From an uncultured SAR86 cluster bacterium (GTDB lineage: Bacteria > Pseudomonadota > Gammaproteobacteria > Magnimaribacterales > D2472), in the NCBI GenBank assembly GCA_902558095.1, contig CACECP010000003.1, positions 80,308 to 144,307 on the forward strand: a DNA stretch of 64,000 nucleotides. Reading direction: 5' to 3'. Shown in pieces: positions 54,186 through 64,000 of the stretch (position 1 is its first letter; every line of letters begins with the position of its first letter). Both the position numbers and the translations under genes were made by a program. A model generated the notes under the pieces. That model was not told where the DNA came from, did no database searches, and was given only the letters and a program-made list of their open reading frames with translations.

Positions 54186-54199
54186 ATTGTATCAAAAAA

Positions 54200-55207
54200 T
54201 TATTTTGATTTACTTGTTATGTAAGAAGATCTTATTTCTTTGACAAGTTTATTCTTAACCTTTGCATTTTCTTTTAAGAACAAGCTAGCTTTTGTTTTAC
54301 CTTGTCCGATAGTTTCTCCATCTAATTTATAAAATGCACCAGATTTCTCAACTAATCCAAGTTTATTTCCATAATCTAATATTTCACCTTCTTGGTTAAT
54401 TCCCATTCCATACATAATTTGAAATTCAGCTTGTTTGAATGGTGGAGATACCTTATTTTTGACAACTTTTACTCTCGTCTCATTTCCAATTACCTCATCT
54501 CCTTCTTTCACTGCCCCAATTCTTCTAATATCTAATCTTACTGATGAATAAAATTTAAGAGCATTACCGCCTGTTGTAGTTTCAGGACTTCCAAACATTA
54601 CACCAATCTTCATTCTTATCTGATTAATAAAGACAACGGTAGCACCAGATCTTTGAATGTTTCCAGTAATTTTTCTTAACGCTTGAGACATTAATCTTGC
54701 TTGAAGACCAACATGATGATCTCCCATTTCGCCTTCTATTTCTGCTCTTGGTACTAACGCTGCAACTGAATCAATAATTACTAAATCAACACTTTTTGAT
54801 TTAACTAACATATCTGCAACCTCAAGAGCTTGCTCACCTGTATCAGGCTGAGATAAAAGAAGTTCATCTACATTAACTCCAAGTTTTTCTGCATATTGAG
54901 GATCTAAAGCATGCTCAGCATCTATAAAGGCACATGTTCCACCTTCTTTTTGACATTGAGCAATTATTTGCAGTGTTAAAGTTGTTTTACCAGAGGACTC
55001 AGGTCCATATATTTCTGTTACTCTTCCTTTTGGTATTCCGCCTATACCTAATGCTATGTCGAGACCAATAGATCCGGTTGAAATTGATGGAATGTCAAGA
55101 TTTTCTCTATCGCCCATCCTCATCACTGTTCCTTTACCAAAGTGGCTATCTATATCTGCAATAGTATCCTTTAGAGACTTTGGATTTGTATCTTTTGATT
55201 TAGGCAT
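54200..55207 (-). CDS. recA: Recombinase RecA
   Basis: [45 protein letters not shown]. Confidence 0.99.
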   Translation of the reverse strand: MPKSKDTNPKSLKDTIADIDSHFGKGTVMRMGDRENLDIPSISTGSIGLDIALGIGGIPKGRVTEIYGPESSGKTTLTLQIIAQCQKEGGTCAFIDAEHALDPQYAEKLGVNVDELLLSQPDTGEQALEVADMLVKSKSVDLVIIDSVAALVPRAEIEGEMGDHHVGLQARLMSQALRKITGNIQRSGATVVFINQIRMKIGVMFGSPETTTGGNALKFYSSVRLDIRRIGAVKEGDEVIGNETRVKVVKNKVSPPFKQAEFQIMYGMGINQEGEILDYGNKLGLVEKSGAFYKLDGETIGQGKTKASLFLKENAKVKNKLVKEIRSSYITSKSK

Positions 55208-55223
55208 AATTAACTCCTTAATG

Positions 55224-55243
55224 TACTGTATATTTATACAGTA
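55224..55243. promoter_or_regulatory. LexA (SOS) box upstream of recA
   Basis: TACTGTATATTTATACAGTA matches the CTGT-N8-ACAG consensus and overlaps a minus-strand TATACT -10 element. Confidence 0.93.
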
Positions 55244-55324
55244 TATAGCATAATTTCAATTTTTTAAACAGTTTTATGTAAATTTAAAATTTAGTAAGCT
55301 AAAATTCAAACTTCTTGGGCAATT

Positions 55325-55642
55325 ATGACATATGTAGTAACAGAATCTTGCATTAAATGTAAATATACAGACTGTGTAGAGATATGCCCTGTTGATTGTT
55401 TTTATGAAGGTCCTGAGTTCTTGGTAATAGATCCTGATGAATGTATTGATTGTGGTTTATGTGAGCCTGAGTGTCCAATTGAAGCAATTTATGCAGACGA
55501 TGAACTACCGCAAGATCAAATCGAATTCATTGAGATCAATTTAAGACTTTCTGAAGTATATGAAAATATTACTGAGGCTAAAGAGCCTCTTCCTGAGGCA
55601 GAAAAGTATAAAGATATAAAAGATAAGAAACATTTCTTATAA
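55325..55642 (+). CDS. fdxA: Ferredoxin FdxA (7Fe-type)
   Basis: [26 protein letters not shown]...[12 protein letters not shown]. Confidence 0.95.
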   Translation: MTYVVTESCIKCKYTDCVEICPVDCFYEGPEFLVIDPDECIDCGLCEPECPIEAIYADDELPQDQIEFIEINLRLSEVYENITEAKEPLPEAEKYKDIKDKKHFL

Positions 55643-56329
55643 AAAATTATTCACACCTGCAGCAAATATCAATCCACCAAAAAATACTAAGATTGACTTA
55701 CCATATTTTTCATAAGCTTTATTAATCAATCTTGGCATCATGCCTAATGCTAATGCCATACCTATTCCAAAAGGCATTAAAACTTCAAAATTTAAATTCG
55801 AAATACTTGCAATTATTAAGGGGTAGGCCCCTACTGATAATAAAAATGCGCTGCCTGAAATTCCTGGGAAAAGTAAGAAAGAGCATGCAATAAACCCAAA
55901 TAATATTAATAAAATAACTTGTGGTTCTTGATGCACATTAATATGAAGGCTATTTATGAGAAGTCCAATTAAGATTGCAAAAAATATATTCATATAAAAG
56001 TTTATGCCTGTATTAATCTTGTCTTTTAAATAAGTATTAATTATTAAGAATATGCCGTAGCCAATCATCAATATAGCAATTAAAAGATTAAAAATATCCA
56101 AATAATTTTGGTATAAAAAATTTATCAATGAAGAGAATGCGAATACGCTTAATACCATCCCGGCTATCAGAGGAATCATTAAATTTAATCCGTTTAATTT
56201 TCTTAAAAAGTTTAATATTTTCTCGTATACACCAAACATTAAGGCAACTGTAGCACCTGATATGCCAGGCAATAATTCAGATAAACCAATAAAAATACCA
56301 GCAATGAAATATTTAATCTTTTCTTTCAT
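55637..56329 (-). CDS. DUF368 family protein (putative undecaprenyl-phosphate translocase)
   Basis: Repeated PGISG motifs ([17 protein letters not shown] and LFPGISGS); highly hydrophobic; downstream of pcm. Confidence 0.85.
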   Translation of the reverse strand: MKEKIKYFIAGIFIGLSELLPGISGATVALMFGVYEKILNFLRKLNGLNLMIPLIAGMVLSVFAFSSLINFLYQNYLDIFNLLIAILMIGYGIFLIINTYLKDKINTGINFYMNIFFAILIGLLINSLHINVHQEPQVILLILFGFIACSFLLFPGISGSAFLLSVGAYPLIIASISNLNFEVLMPFGIGMALALGMMPRLINKAYEKYGKSILVFFGGLIFAAGVNNFL

Positions 56330-57009
56330 ACATCATTACCGTCTTCTGATTTTCCGGCTAACATAGGTACAAAAGATACATCATCGTGAAAACTTTCCTC
56401 TACTTCATCTTTATCGCATTTTCTTATTACATTAAGTTTCTGTGATGCTCCGCCAACAGGTAATACCAATTTTGCATCCTTTTTCAATATTGAAATCAGA
56501 TCCTTTGGATATTCTCTTGGGGAAGCAGCACACAAAATACCATCATATTTTATTGAGTCGTCCCAATCTTGATATCCATCACCAAACTTAAACATTACAT
56601 TGTTAATCTTAAGTTTAGCCATATTGTCTCTAGACTTCTGTACCAATGGCTTAATTCTCTCAATTGCATCTACTTTTTCGCTAAAAAAAGATAAAACTGC
56701 TGACTGATAGCCACAACCAGAACCAATTTCTAAAACTCTCTCAAAAATCTTACCTCTAGATTTTGTATGTGCAATTAAAAGCTCAGTCATTTTTGCAACT
56801 ATGTAAGGTTGAGAAATTGTTTGTTTGTAACCAATAGTTAAGGACCTATTTTCATATGCTCTTGACCACAAGGCCTCATCCAGAAAAATATGTCTCGGTA
56901 TTTGTGAAATTGCATCAAGCACTCTGAAATCTTTTATACCTAGATCTAAGAGAGTTTCAATCATCTCCTCTCTTACTCTTCTGAAAGTAAAGCCTGAGTT
57001 AGACATCAA
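56326..57009 (-). CDS. pcm: Protein-L-isoaspartate O-methyltransferase
   Basis: PRHIF, QTISQPYIVA.M, VLEIGSGCGYQ, FVPM. Confidence 0.96.
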   Translation of the reverse strand: MMSNSGFTFRRVREEMIETLLDLGIKDFRVLDAISQIPRHIFLDEALWSRAYENRSLTIGYKQTISQPYIVAKMTELLIAHTKSRGKIFERVLEIGSGCGYQSAVLSFFSEKVDAIERIKPLVQKSRDNMAKLKINNVMFKFGDGYQDWDDSIKYDGILCAASPREYPKDLISILKKDAKLVLPVGGASQKLNVIRKCDKDEVEESFHDDVSFVPMLAGKSEDGNDV

Positions 57010-57757
57010 TAAGCTCTGTTACATCATTAATAAAATTTTCTGAATTCAGACTGTAATCAAGCACTGAAAAAGATACAAAACCATTTTTAACTGCTTCTGC
57101 GTCAGTAATAAATGTGTCTTCTTTGAGTGGCTCTCCAGATAGGTTATATCTATATTTATATATTCCATCTTCACTAGAATTAGATTCTAACTTTATTGGC
57201 CTAGCTGGAATATCTCTTTTTGAAATAACAGTGGATTTAATACCCTTGTATTCATCTTCAGTAATATCAGGAAAATTAATATTAATTACTCTTCCCTTTA
57301 ATAATCCATTCGCACTAAAAATCTTATCAACTATTTCACAAGATTTTTTTGCAATAAAGTTGATATCTTTCGCATCATAAGATGCTACTGAAATTGCAAT
57401 TGGTGGATATTTAAGATTTCTTCCGCCAACTGCTGCGCCTACTGTTCCAGAATATAAGACATCATTGCCAATATTTGCACCATGATTTATGCCAGACACA
57501 ACCATATCAAACTCAAAGTCCACGATACTCAATAACCCAAGATATGAACAATCAGCTGGTGTACCATCAACAGAAAAAATTTTTTCATCAATTTTTTTTA
57601 CTTCAATTTCATTTAAATATGAAATAGCAGCACTCATACCGCTACAATTACTTTTTGGAGCAACTATCCATACCTCATGCTCTTCAGATAGTTTTTCATA
57701 AATAGCTTTAATATTTATGGCATCGTATCCATCATCATTTGTTAATAATATTTTCAT
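56999..57757 (-). CDS. surE: 5'/3'-nucleotidase SurE
   Basis: ILLTNDDG, GTPADC, SGINHGANIG.DVLYSGTVGAA. Confidence 0.96.
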   Translation of the reverse strand: MKILLTNDDGYDAINIKAIYEKLSEEHEVWIVAPKSNCSGMSAAISYLNEIEVKKIDEKIFSVDGTPADCSYLGLLSIVDFEFDMVVSGINHGANIGNDVLYSGTVGAAVGGRNLKYPPIAISVASYDAKDINFIAKKSCEIVDKIFSANGLLKGRVININFPDITEDEYKGIKSTVISKRDIPARPIKLESNSSEDGIYKYRYNLSGEPLKEDTFITDAEAVKNGFVSFSVLDYSLNSENFINDVTELIDV

Positions 57758-58890
57758 TATTTATCTCTTAAATTTACAAGGCTTTGAACAGCTATTGCCT
57801 TATTTTTTCCAATAATACCAATTTGTTCTGATGTAGTTGCTTTTAATCCTATTTTGTTAACTGGAATCTTTAGAATGGAGGATAGGCTCTTCAAGATATC
57901 ATCTCTATGTGGGTTTATTTTAGGTTCCTCACAAATAATAGTGGTATCTATGTTATGTATCTCAAGTTTTAATTCATTTAATTTCCTAAGGCAAAAAGTA
58001 ATAATCTCTGAGCTATCTAAATTTTCATTTTTATCATCTTGATCTGAAAAATATTTACCAATATCATCAAGCCCTGCTGCACCCAATATTGAATCAGCTA
58101 TAGAATGAAGTAATACATCTCCATCAGAATGCGCTATTATTTTATAGTCACAATCAATATGATAGCCTCCTAATATCATTCCAGAACCATCTTCGTACTT
58201 ATGAAGATCAAAACCCATGCCAGATCTAGTTAAAAATTTATTTAAAATTTCTAAATCCTCTGGCTCAGTTATCTTAATGTTAGATCTTCTTCCTTTAATC
58301 TTAGATGTTTTTAGATTTGAATACTCAATTGCAAATGACTCGTCTGGGCATTTAATATTTTCATCAATGCATTGCTTTAAAGATAATTTAAGGTCGTTAA
58401 ATTTTGATATTTGAGGTGTCTGAACTAAGTGATATTTATCTTTATCTTTAGTTTTAGATGCTTTTATAGAATCATAGACTGGGGTATAGAGATAAGAGCA
58501 ACTTGTACCAGAATTTTTTATATCCTGTAACAAATTTAAAATATCATCTACAATCACATTTGGTCGAGCAGCATCATGAGTTATAACATATTCGTATTTA
58601 TCATTTGCATGATTTAAGGCATTAAATATCGAGTTTTGTCTGGTATTTCCACCAAAAATAAATTCAACTTTTTCTGAGTTATAAAAGTCTTGATTTTTAA
58701 TTTCTAGATCATCTTTAGATATTGCAATTATAATCTTAGATACATTCTCTGACTCAATAAAAGGCCTAACAGATCTTTCAATAATAGACTTACCATTTAC
58801 TCTGCAATATTGCTTTGGTGTGCTGCCACCAAATCTTTTGCCTACTCCAGCAGCTGCAATGACAACCAACAAATCATTCATCATCATCAT
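57757..58890 (-). CDS. ispDF: Bifunctional IspD/IspF fusion
   Basis: N-terminal AAAGVGKRFG..PKQY, HDAARP, QTPQ, NIKIT (IspD); C-terminal GFDLH, HSDGDVLLH, KATT.E (IspF); one continuous ORF. Confidence 0.92.
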   Translation of the reverse strand: MMMMNDLLVVIAAAGVGKRFGGSTPKQYCRVNGKSIIERSVRPFIESENVSKIIIAISKDDLEIKNQDFYNSEKVEFIFGGNTRQNSIFNALNHANDKYEYVITHDAARPNVIVDDILNLLQDIKNSGTSCSYLYTPVYDSIKASKTKDKDKYHLVQTPQISKFNDLKLSLKQCIDENIKCPDESFAIEYSNLKTSKIKGRRSNIKITEPEDLEILNKFLTRSGMGFDLHKYEDGSGMILGGYHIDCDYKIIAHSDGDVLLHSIADSILGAAGLDDIGKYFSDQDDKNENLDSSEIITFCLRKLNELKLEIHNIDTTIICEEPKINPHRDDILKSLSSILKIPVNKIGLKATTSEQIGIIGKNKAIAVQSLVNLRDK

Positions 58891-59182
58891 CCTTTTTATT
58901 TTCTTCTTTGAAAGAAATAAATTCTTCTTCTTTATATGTGAGATTTAATTTTTCTCTTGCAAAATTTTCAACATGATCATTTGAATTTTGAGCATTTTTA
59001 ATTTCAAATTCAAGAATTTTATTCTGTCTCTTTAATTCCTGATTTTGAATCTCTTGTGTTTTATTATCTTCAATTAATTCAGCTCTCTTAGAATAACTAT
59101 TCTCACCAAAAAAAATACTTTTGGATAGCATGATAATAATTAAAATTAGGGCTGCGATTAGCAGATAATACAGTTTATTCAT
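58874..59182 (-). CDS. ftsB: Cell division protein FtsB
   Basis: TM helix, FGENSY, coiled coil, ENFAREKLNL...E; eno-ftsB-ispD synteny. Confidence 0.85.
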   Translation of the reverse strand: MNKLYYLLIAALILIIIMLSKSIFFGENSYSKRAELIEDNKTQEIQNQELKRQNKILEFEIKNAQNSNDHVENFAREKLNLTYKEEEFISFKEENKKDDDDE

Positions 59183-60453
59183 TTAAGCAAAATATTGCTA
59201 CTTTCTTCTTCTATCCAAAGCAATCTATTGTATTTTGCTACTCTATCAGACCTACAAGGAGCTCCGGTTTTAATTTGTCCAATTCCCAGGCCTACTGCAA
59301 GATCAGCAATTGTAGTATCTTCAGTCTCGCCAGAACGGTGCGAGATGATTGACTTAAAATTATTTTGATTAGCGAAATGAATAGTTTCAATCGTTTCAGT
59401 TATTGAACCAACTTGATTAAACTTAATAAGTATTGAATTGGCCATTTCTTTATTAATGCCATCTTTAAGTATTTTCTTGTTTGTAACAAATAAATCGTCT
59501 CCAACAAGTTGACAAGTTGATCCTAATTTTTCTGTGAGAAGCTTCCATCCCTCAATATCATTTTCATCCATGCCATCTTCAATTGATACAATAGGATATT
59601 TTTTGGTCAAATCATCTAAATAGTCAGTAAATGCTGAAGATGATAATTTTTTACTTTCTCCAGTTAAAATATATTCTTTGCCATCAAAAAACTCACTTGC
59701 TGCACAATCAAGAGCAATATTTACGTCTTTACCGGGGACTAATTCTGTTTCTTTTATAGCATCAACAATTAATTTCAATGCTTCATCATTTGATTCAAGA
59801 CTAGGTGCAAAGCCACCTTCATCACCAACCGCTGTTGAGTGATTATTGATTAGAAGTATTTTCTTTAAATTATGATAAATTTCTGTAGCCCATTGCATCA
59901 CCTCAACAAAATCTTTTGCACCACTTGGAATTATCATAAACTCTTGAATATCTATATTGTTATCAGCATGCTCACCACCATTTAGGATATTAAACATTGG
60001 CAAAGGCATACTATGGTTAACATTTTCACCAGTAATGTCTTTATAGACCCTCGAGAAGTGCTCATATAGTGAGATATTGTTAGCTTTTGCTGCCACATGA
60101 GCTACTGCAAGTGATATTGCTAATATTGCATTGGCTCCAACATTTGATTTATCTTTGGTATCGTCAAATAGTATTAACGATTCATCAATTTCTTTTTGAT
60201 TATTTGGATTTTTGCCTATTACAAGAGATGACAATATATTATTAATATTATTGACAGCCTTTATTACGCTTTTGCCATGATAAGTAATTTCATTATCACG
60301 CAGTTCAACTGCCTCTTTTGAACCAGTAGATGCTCCACTTGGAACCATTGCTGATGCTGATATTCCATCTTCCAAAGTAATCTTACAAGATATGGTAGGA
60401 ATACCTCTTGAATCAAAAACTTGAATGGCGTTTACTGAAGATATTTTTTGCAT
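59179..60453 (-). CDS. eno: Enolase
   Basis: DSRGIPT, VPSGASTG, GDEGGFAP, SHRSGETED. Confidence 0.98.
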   Translation of the reverse strand: MQKISSVNAIQVFDSRGIPTISCKITLEDGISASAMVPSGASTGSKEAVELRDNEITYHGKSVIKAVNNINNILSSLVIGKNPNNQKEIDESLILFDDTKDKSNVGANAILAISLAVAHVAAKANNISLYEHFSRVYKDITGENVNHSMPLPMFNILNGGEHADNNIDIQEFMIIPSGAKDFVEVMQWATEIYHNLKKILLINNHSTAVGDEGGFAPSLESNDEALKLIVDAIKETELVPGKDVNIALDCAASEFFDGKEYILTGESKKLSSSAFTDYLDDLTKKYPIVSIEDGMDENDIEGWKLLTEKLGSTCQLVGDDLFVTNKKILKDGINKEMANSILIKFNQVGSITETIETIHFANQNNFKSIISHRSGETEDTTIADLAVGLGIGQIKTGAPCRSDRVAKYNRLLWIEEESSNILLK

Positions 60454-60456
60454 CTC

Positions 60457-61287
60457 TTAAATTATTTCAAGATCTTTTTGATTTTTCACAAATTCATCTA
60501 ATTCTTTTACTTGTTTTAAAAATTCTTCTAAGACAGATAAAGGTAGTGCGCATGGACCATCACACTTTGCTTCATCTGGATTAGGATGAGCTTCAAGAAA
60601 TAATCCTGCAATAGATTGAGATATTCCAGCTTTGGCAAGGCTTAATACATATTCTCTTCTTCCGCCCGTTGCGCTTCCTAGACCACCTGGCAATTGGAGT
60701 GAATGAGTCACATCGAATATTACTGGCTTAGATAATTTTTTAAGAATTTGAAAATTCAAAGTATCAACGACTAAATTGTTGTAACCAAATGAATTTCCTC
60801 GCTCACATAATATTATTTTATCATTACCAGCTGCTGAACATTTCTCTATAGTATTTGACATTTCTGGAGCTGATAAAAACTGTGGTTTTTTGAATTGAAT
60901 TATTGAATCTGTTTTTGCTGCTGCGCTTACAAGATCAGTCTGTCTTGCTAAAAATGCAGGTATCTGAATAATCTCACAAACTTCAGTTACAGGCTTGGCT
61001 TGATTTGGTTCATGGATATCTGTAATAACAGGGACATCAAAAGTATTTGAAACCTCTTGGAGAATCTTAAGACCCTCTTCAATACCTGGTCCTCTAAATG
61101 AATTAATAGAACTTCTATTCGCTTTGTCATATGATCCTTTAAAAATATAATTAATATTTAGTTTTTGAGTGGTTTCTTTGAATTTTTCAGCAACTTTCAT
61201 TGCCAGGTCTCTAGACTCTAAAACATTCATACCTCCCATAAGAGTCATAGAATCATCGTTATCAATGTTAAAATTTCTTAGTTTCAT
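60457..61287 (-). CDS. kdsA: KDO-8-phosphate synthase
   Basis: [37 protein letters not shown]. Confidence 0.97.
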   Translation of the reverse strand: MKLRNFNIDNDDSMTLMGGMNVLESRDLAMKVAEKFKETTQKLNINYIFKGSYDKANRSSINSFRGPGIEEGLKILQEVSNTFDVPVITDIHEPNQAKPVTEVCEIIQIPAFLARQTDLVSAAAKTDSIIQFKKPQFLSAPEMSNTIEKCSAAGNDKIILCERGNSFGYNNLVVDTLNFQILKKLSKPVIFDVTHSLQLPGGLGSATGGRREYVLSLAKAGISQSIAGLFLEAHPNPDEAKCDGPCALPLSVLEEFLKQVKELDEFVKNQKDLEII

Positions 61288-61289
61288 AT

Positions 61290-62927
<1,638 letters not shown>

Positions 62928-62999
62928 TCATGATGGGATATTAGAATAACAGATTAAATTTAATAGTTAAATAATAATTATCCAAATGGTTTGATTATT

Positions 63000-64000
63000 C
63001 TAGATATTTTTATAATATCTTTTGACTCTTGATTTTATTCTTATCATTAAATCATATGATATTAATCCATTTGATGATGCTAATTTGTTTATTGAGTGTG
63101 TGGGTGAAAAAAATTCGCACCAGTCTCCAATTTTACAGTCTTCGATATTTGTAACATCTACAGTGGTTACGTCCATGCTAACCTTTCCAAAAATTTTTGC
63201 ATCTTTATGATTAATCTTTACCACAGTTCCATCTTTAATATGATTAGGTAATCCATCCGCATATCCCATATAAACAGTTGCTATTTTCATATCCTTCATA
63301 GCTTCAGCCCTTCCGTCATAGCCAACTTTTTCACCTCTTTTGATGTTTCTAACATTAATAATTGGAGATCTAAGAGTCATTGCTGTTTTAAGATCATTAT
63401 TTCCAATGTAACCACCGAATATTCCTATGCCAACTCTGACCCAATCATAAGATTTTTCAGGAAAATTAATAATACAACCAGTATTTGCAATACTTTTATG
63501 CACATCTGAATGCAACTTACTAGATAGAGCATCAAACCTATCAAATTGAATTTTATTTGAAGGATCATCAGGTACGTTTGAAGCTGCAAGATGAGACATT
63601 AAAACAAACTTTTTATCACTCAAATTAGTATTATAAATATCCATGAATTCATCTTCTTCAAAACCAAGTCTGTTCATGCCAGTATTTATTTTGAACCATA
63701 AGCTTTTAAAATGATTATCTTCTTTAACAATCCCAAATTGATGAGAGTTATGAATAACAAGATCTAAAGAGTTTGAGATTGATTCTTTGAGATCTTCCTT
63801 GGAATAAACTCCTTGCATTAATAAAATCTTTTTATTTGATATTTTTCTTAATTCTATTGCTTCCTCAAGACGAACTACTCCATATCCATCGACCAAATCA
63901 TCTATATCTTTTACTATATTAGGAAGGATATGGCCATATGCATCTGACTTTATGATTGCCATAAATTTAGATGAAGCATCAATTTTATTCTTTAGTTGGA
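63000..64000 (-). CDS. alr: Alanine racemase (5' end beyond window)
   Basis: AIIKSDAYGH (PLP Lys), TGMNRLG, MSHLA, GYADG, GKVSMD; frame stays open to the window edge. Confidence 0.93.
   Translation of the reverse strand, partial: QLKNKIDASSKFMAIIKSDAYGHILPNIVKDIDDLVDGYGVVRLEEAIELRKISNKKILLMQGVYSKEDLKESISNSLDLVIHNSHQFGIVKEDNHFKSLWFKINTGMNRLGFEEDEFMDIYNTNLSDKKFVLMSHLAASNVPDDPSNKIQFDRFDALSSKLHSDVHKSIANTGCIINFPEKSYDWVRVGIGIFGGYIGNNDLKTAMTLRSPIINVRNIKRGEKVGYDGRAEAMKDMKIATVYMGYADGLPNHIKDGTVVKINHKDAKIFGKVSMDVTTVDVTNIEDCKIGDWCEFFSPTHSINKLASSNGLISYDLMIRIKSRVKRYYKNI

Noticed and set aside
58877-58892. (TCA)n trinucleotide run giving MMMM at the ispDF start
   Set aside because: It encodes the acidic end of ftsB in the overlapping frame and is too short for a contingency locus.

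Overview
A very AT-rich (roughly 30% GC by eye), densely packed chromosomal segment of a streamlined gammaproteobacterium. Composition, gene order and the pattern of gene loss suggest a marine SAR86-like lineage, which is inference only. Most of it is housekeeping genes, largely on the minus strand: groEL/ES, ampG/ampD, ispH-lspA-ileS-ribF-murJ, sdhCDAB-sucABlpdCD, der-bamB-yfgM-hisS-ispG-rodZ-rlmN-ndk, an isc cluster, dapA-bamC-purC, tol-pal, aspS, proS, recA, pcm-surE-ispDF-ftsB-eno-kdsA-pyrG and a partial alr, plus one tRNA-Lys. I saw no CRISPR array, integrase or transposase. The strongest observation is at 47927-48352: a single small phage/archaeal-type (Hjc-like) PD-(D/E)XK nuclease occupies the exact slot between yebC and ybgC where ruvC-ruvA-ruvB normally sit, a candidate non-orthologous replacement of RuvABC. 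It is accompanied by loss of mutS/cinA/recX around a LexA-box-controlled recA. Other notable items are a consensus sigma54 promoter before an orphan winged-helix gene, an isc operon lacking hscBA with a variant IscU, a ProRS with the editing domain excised, an IspDF fusion, a likely ATC start codon and several candidate leaderless promoters.
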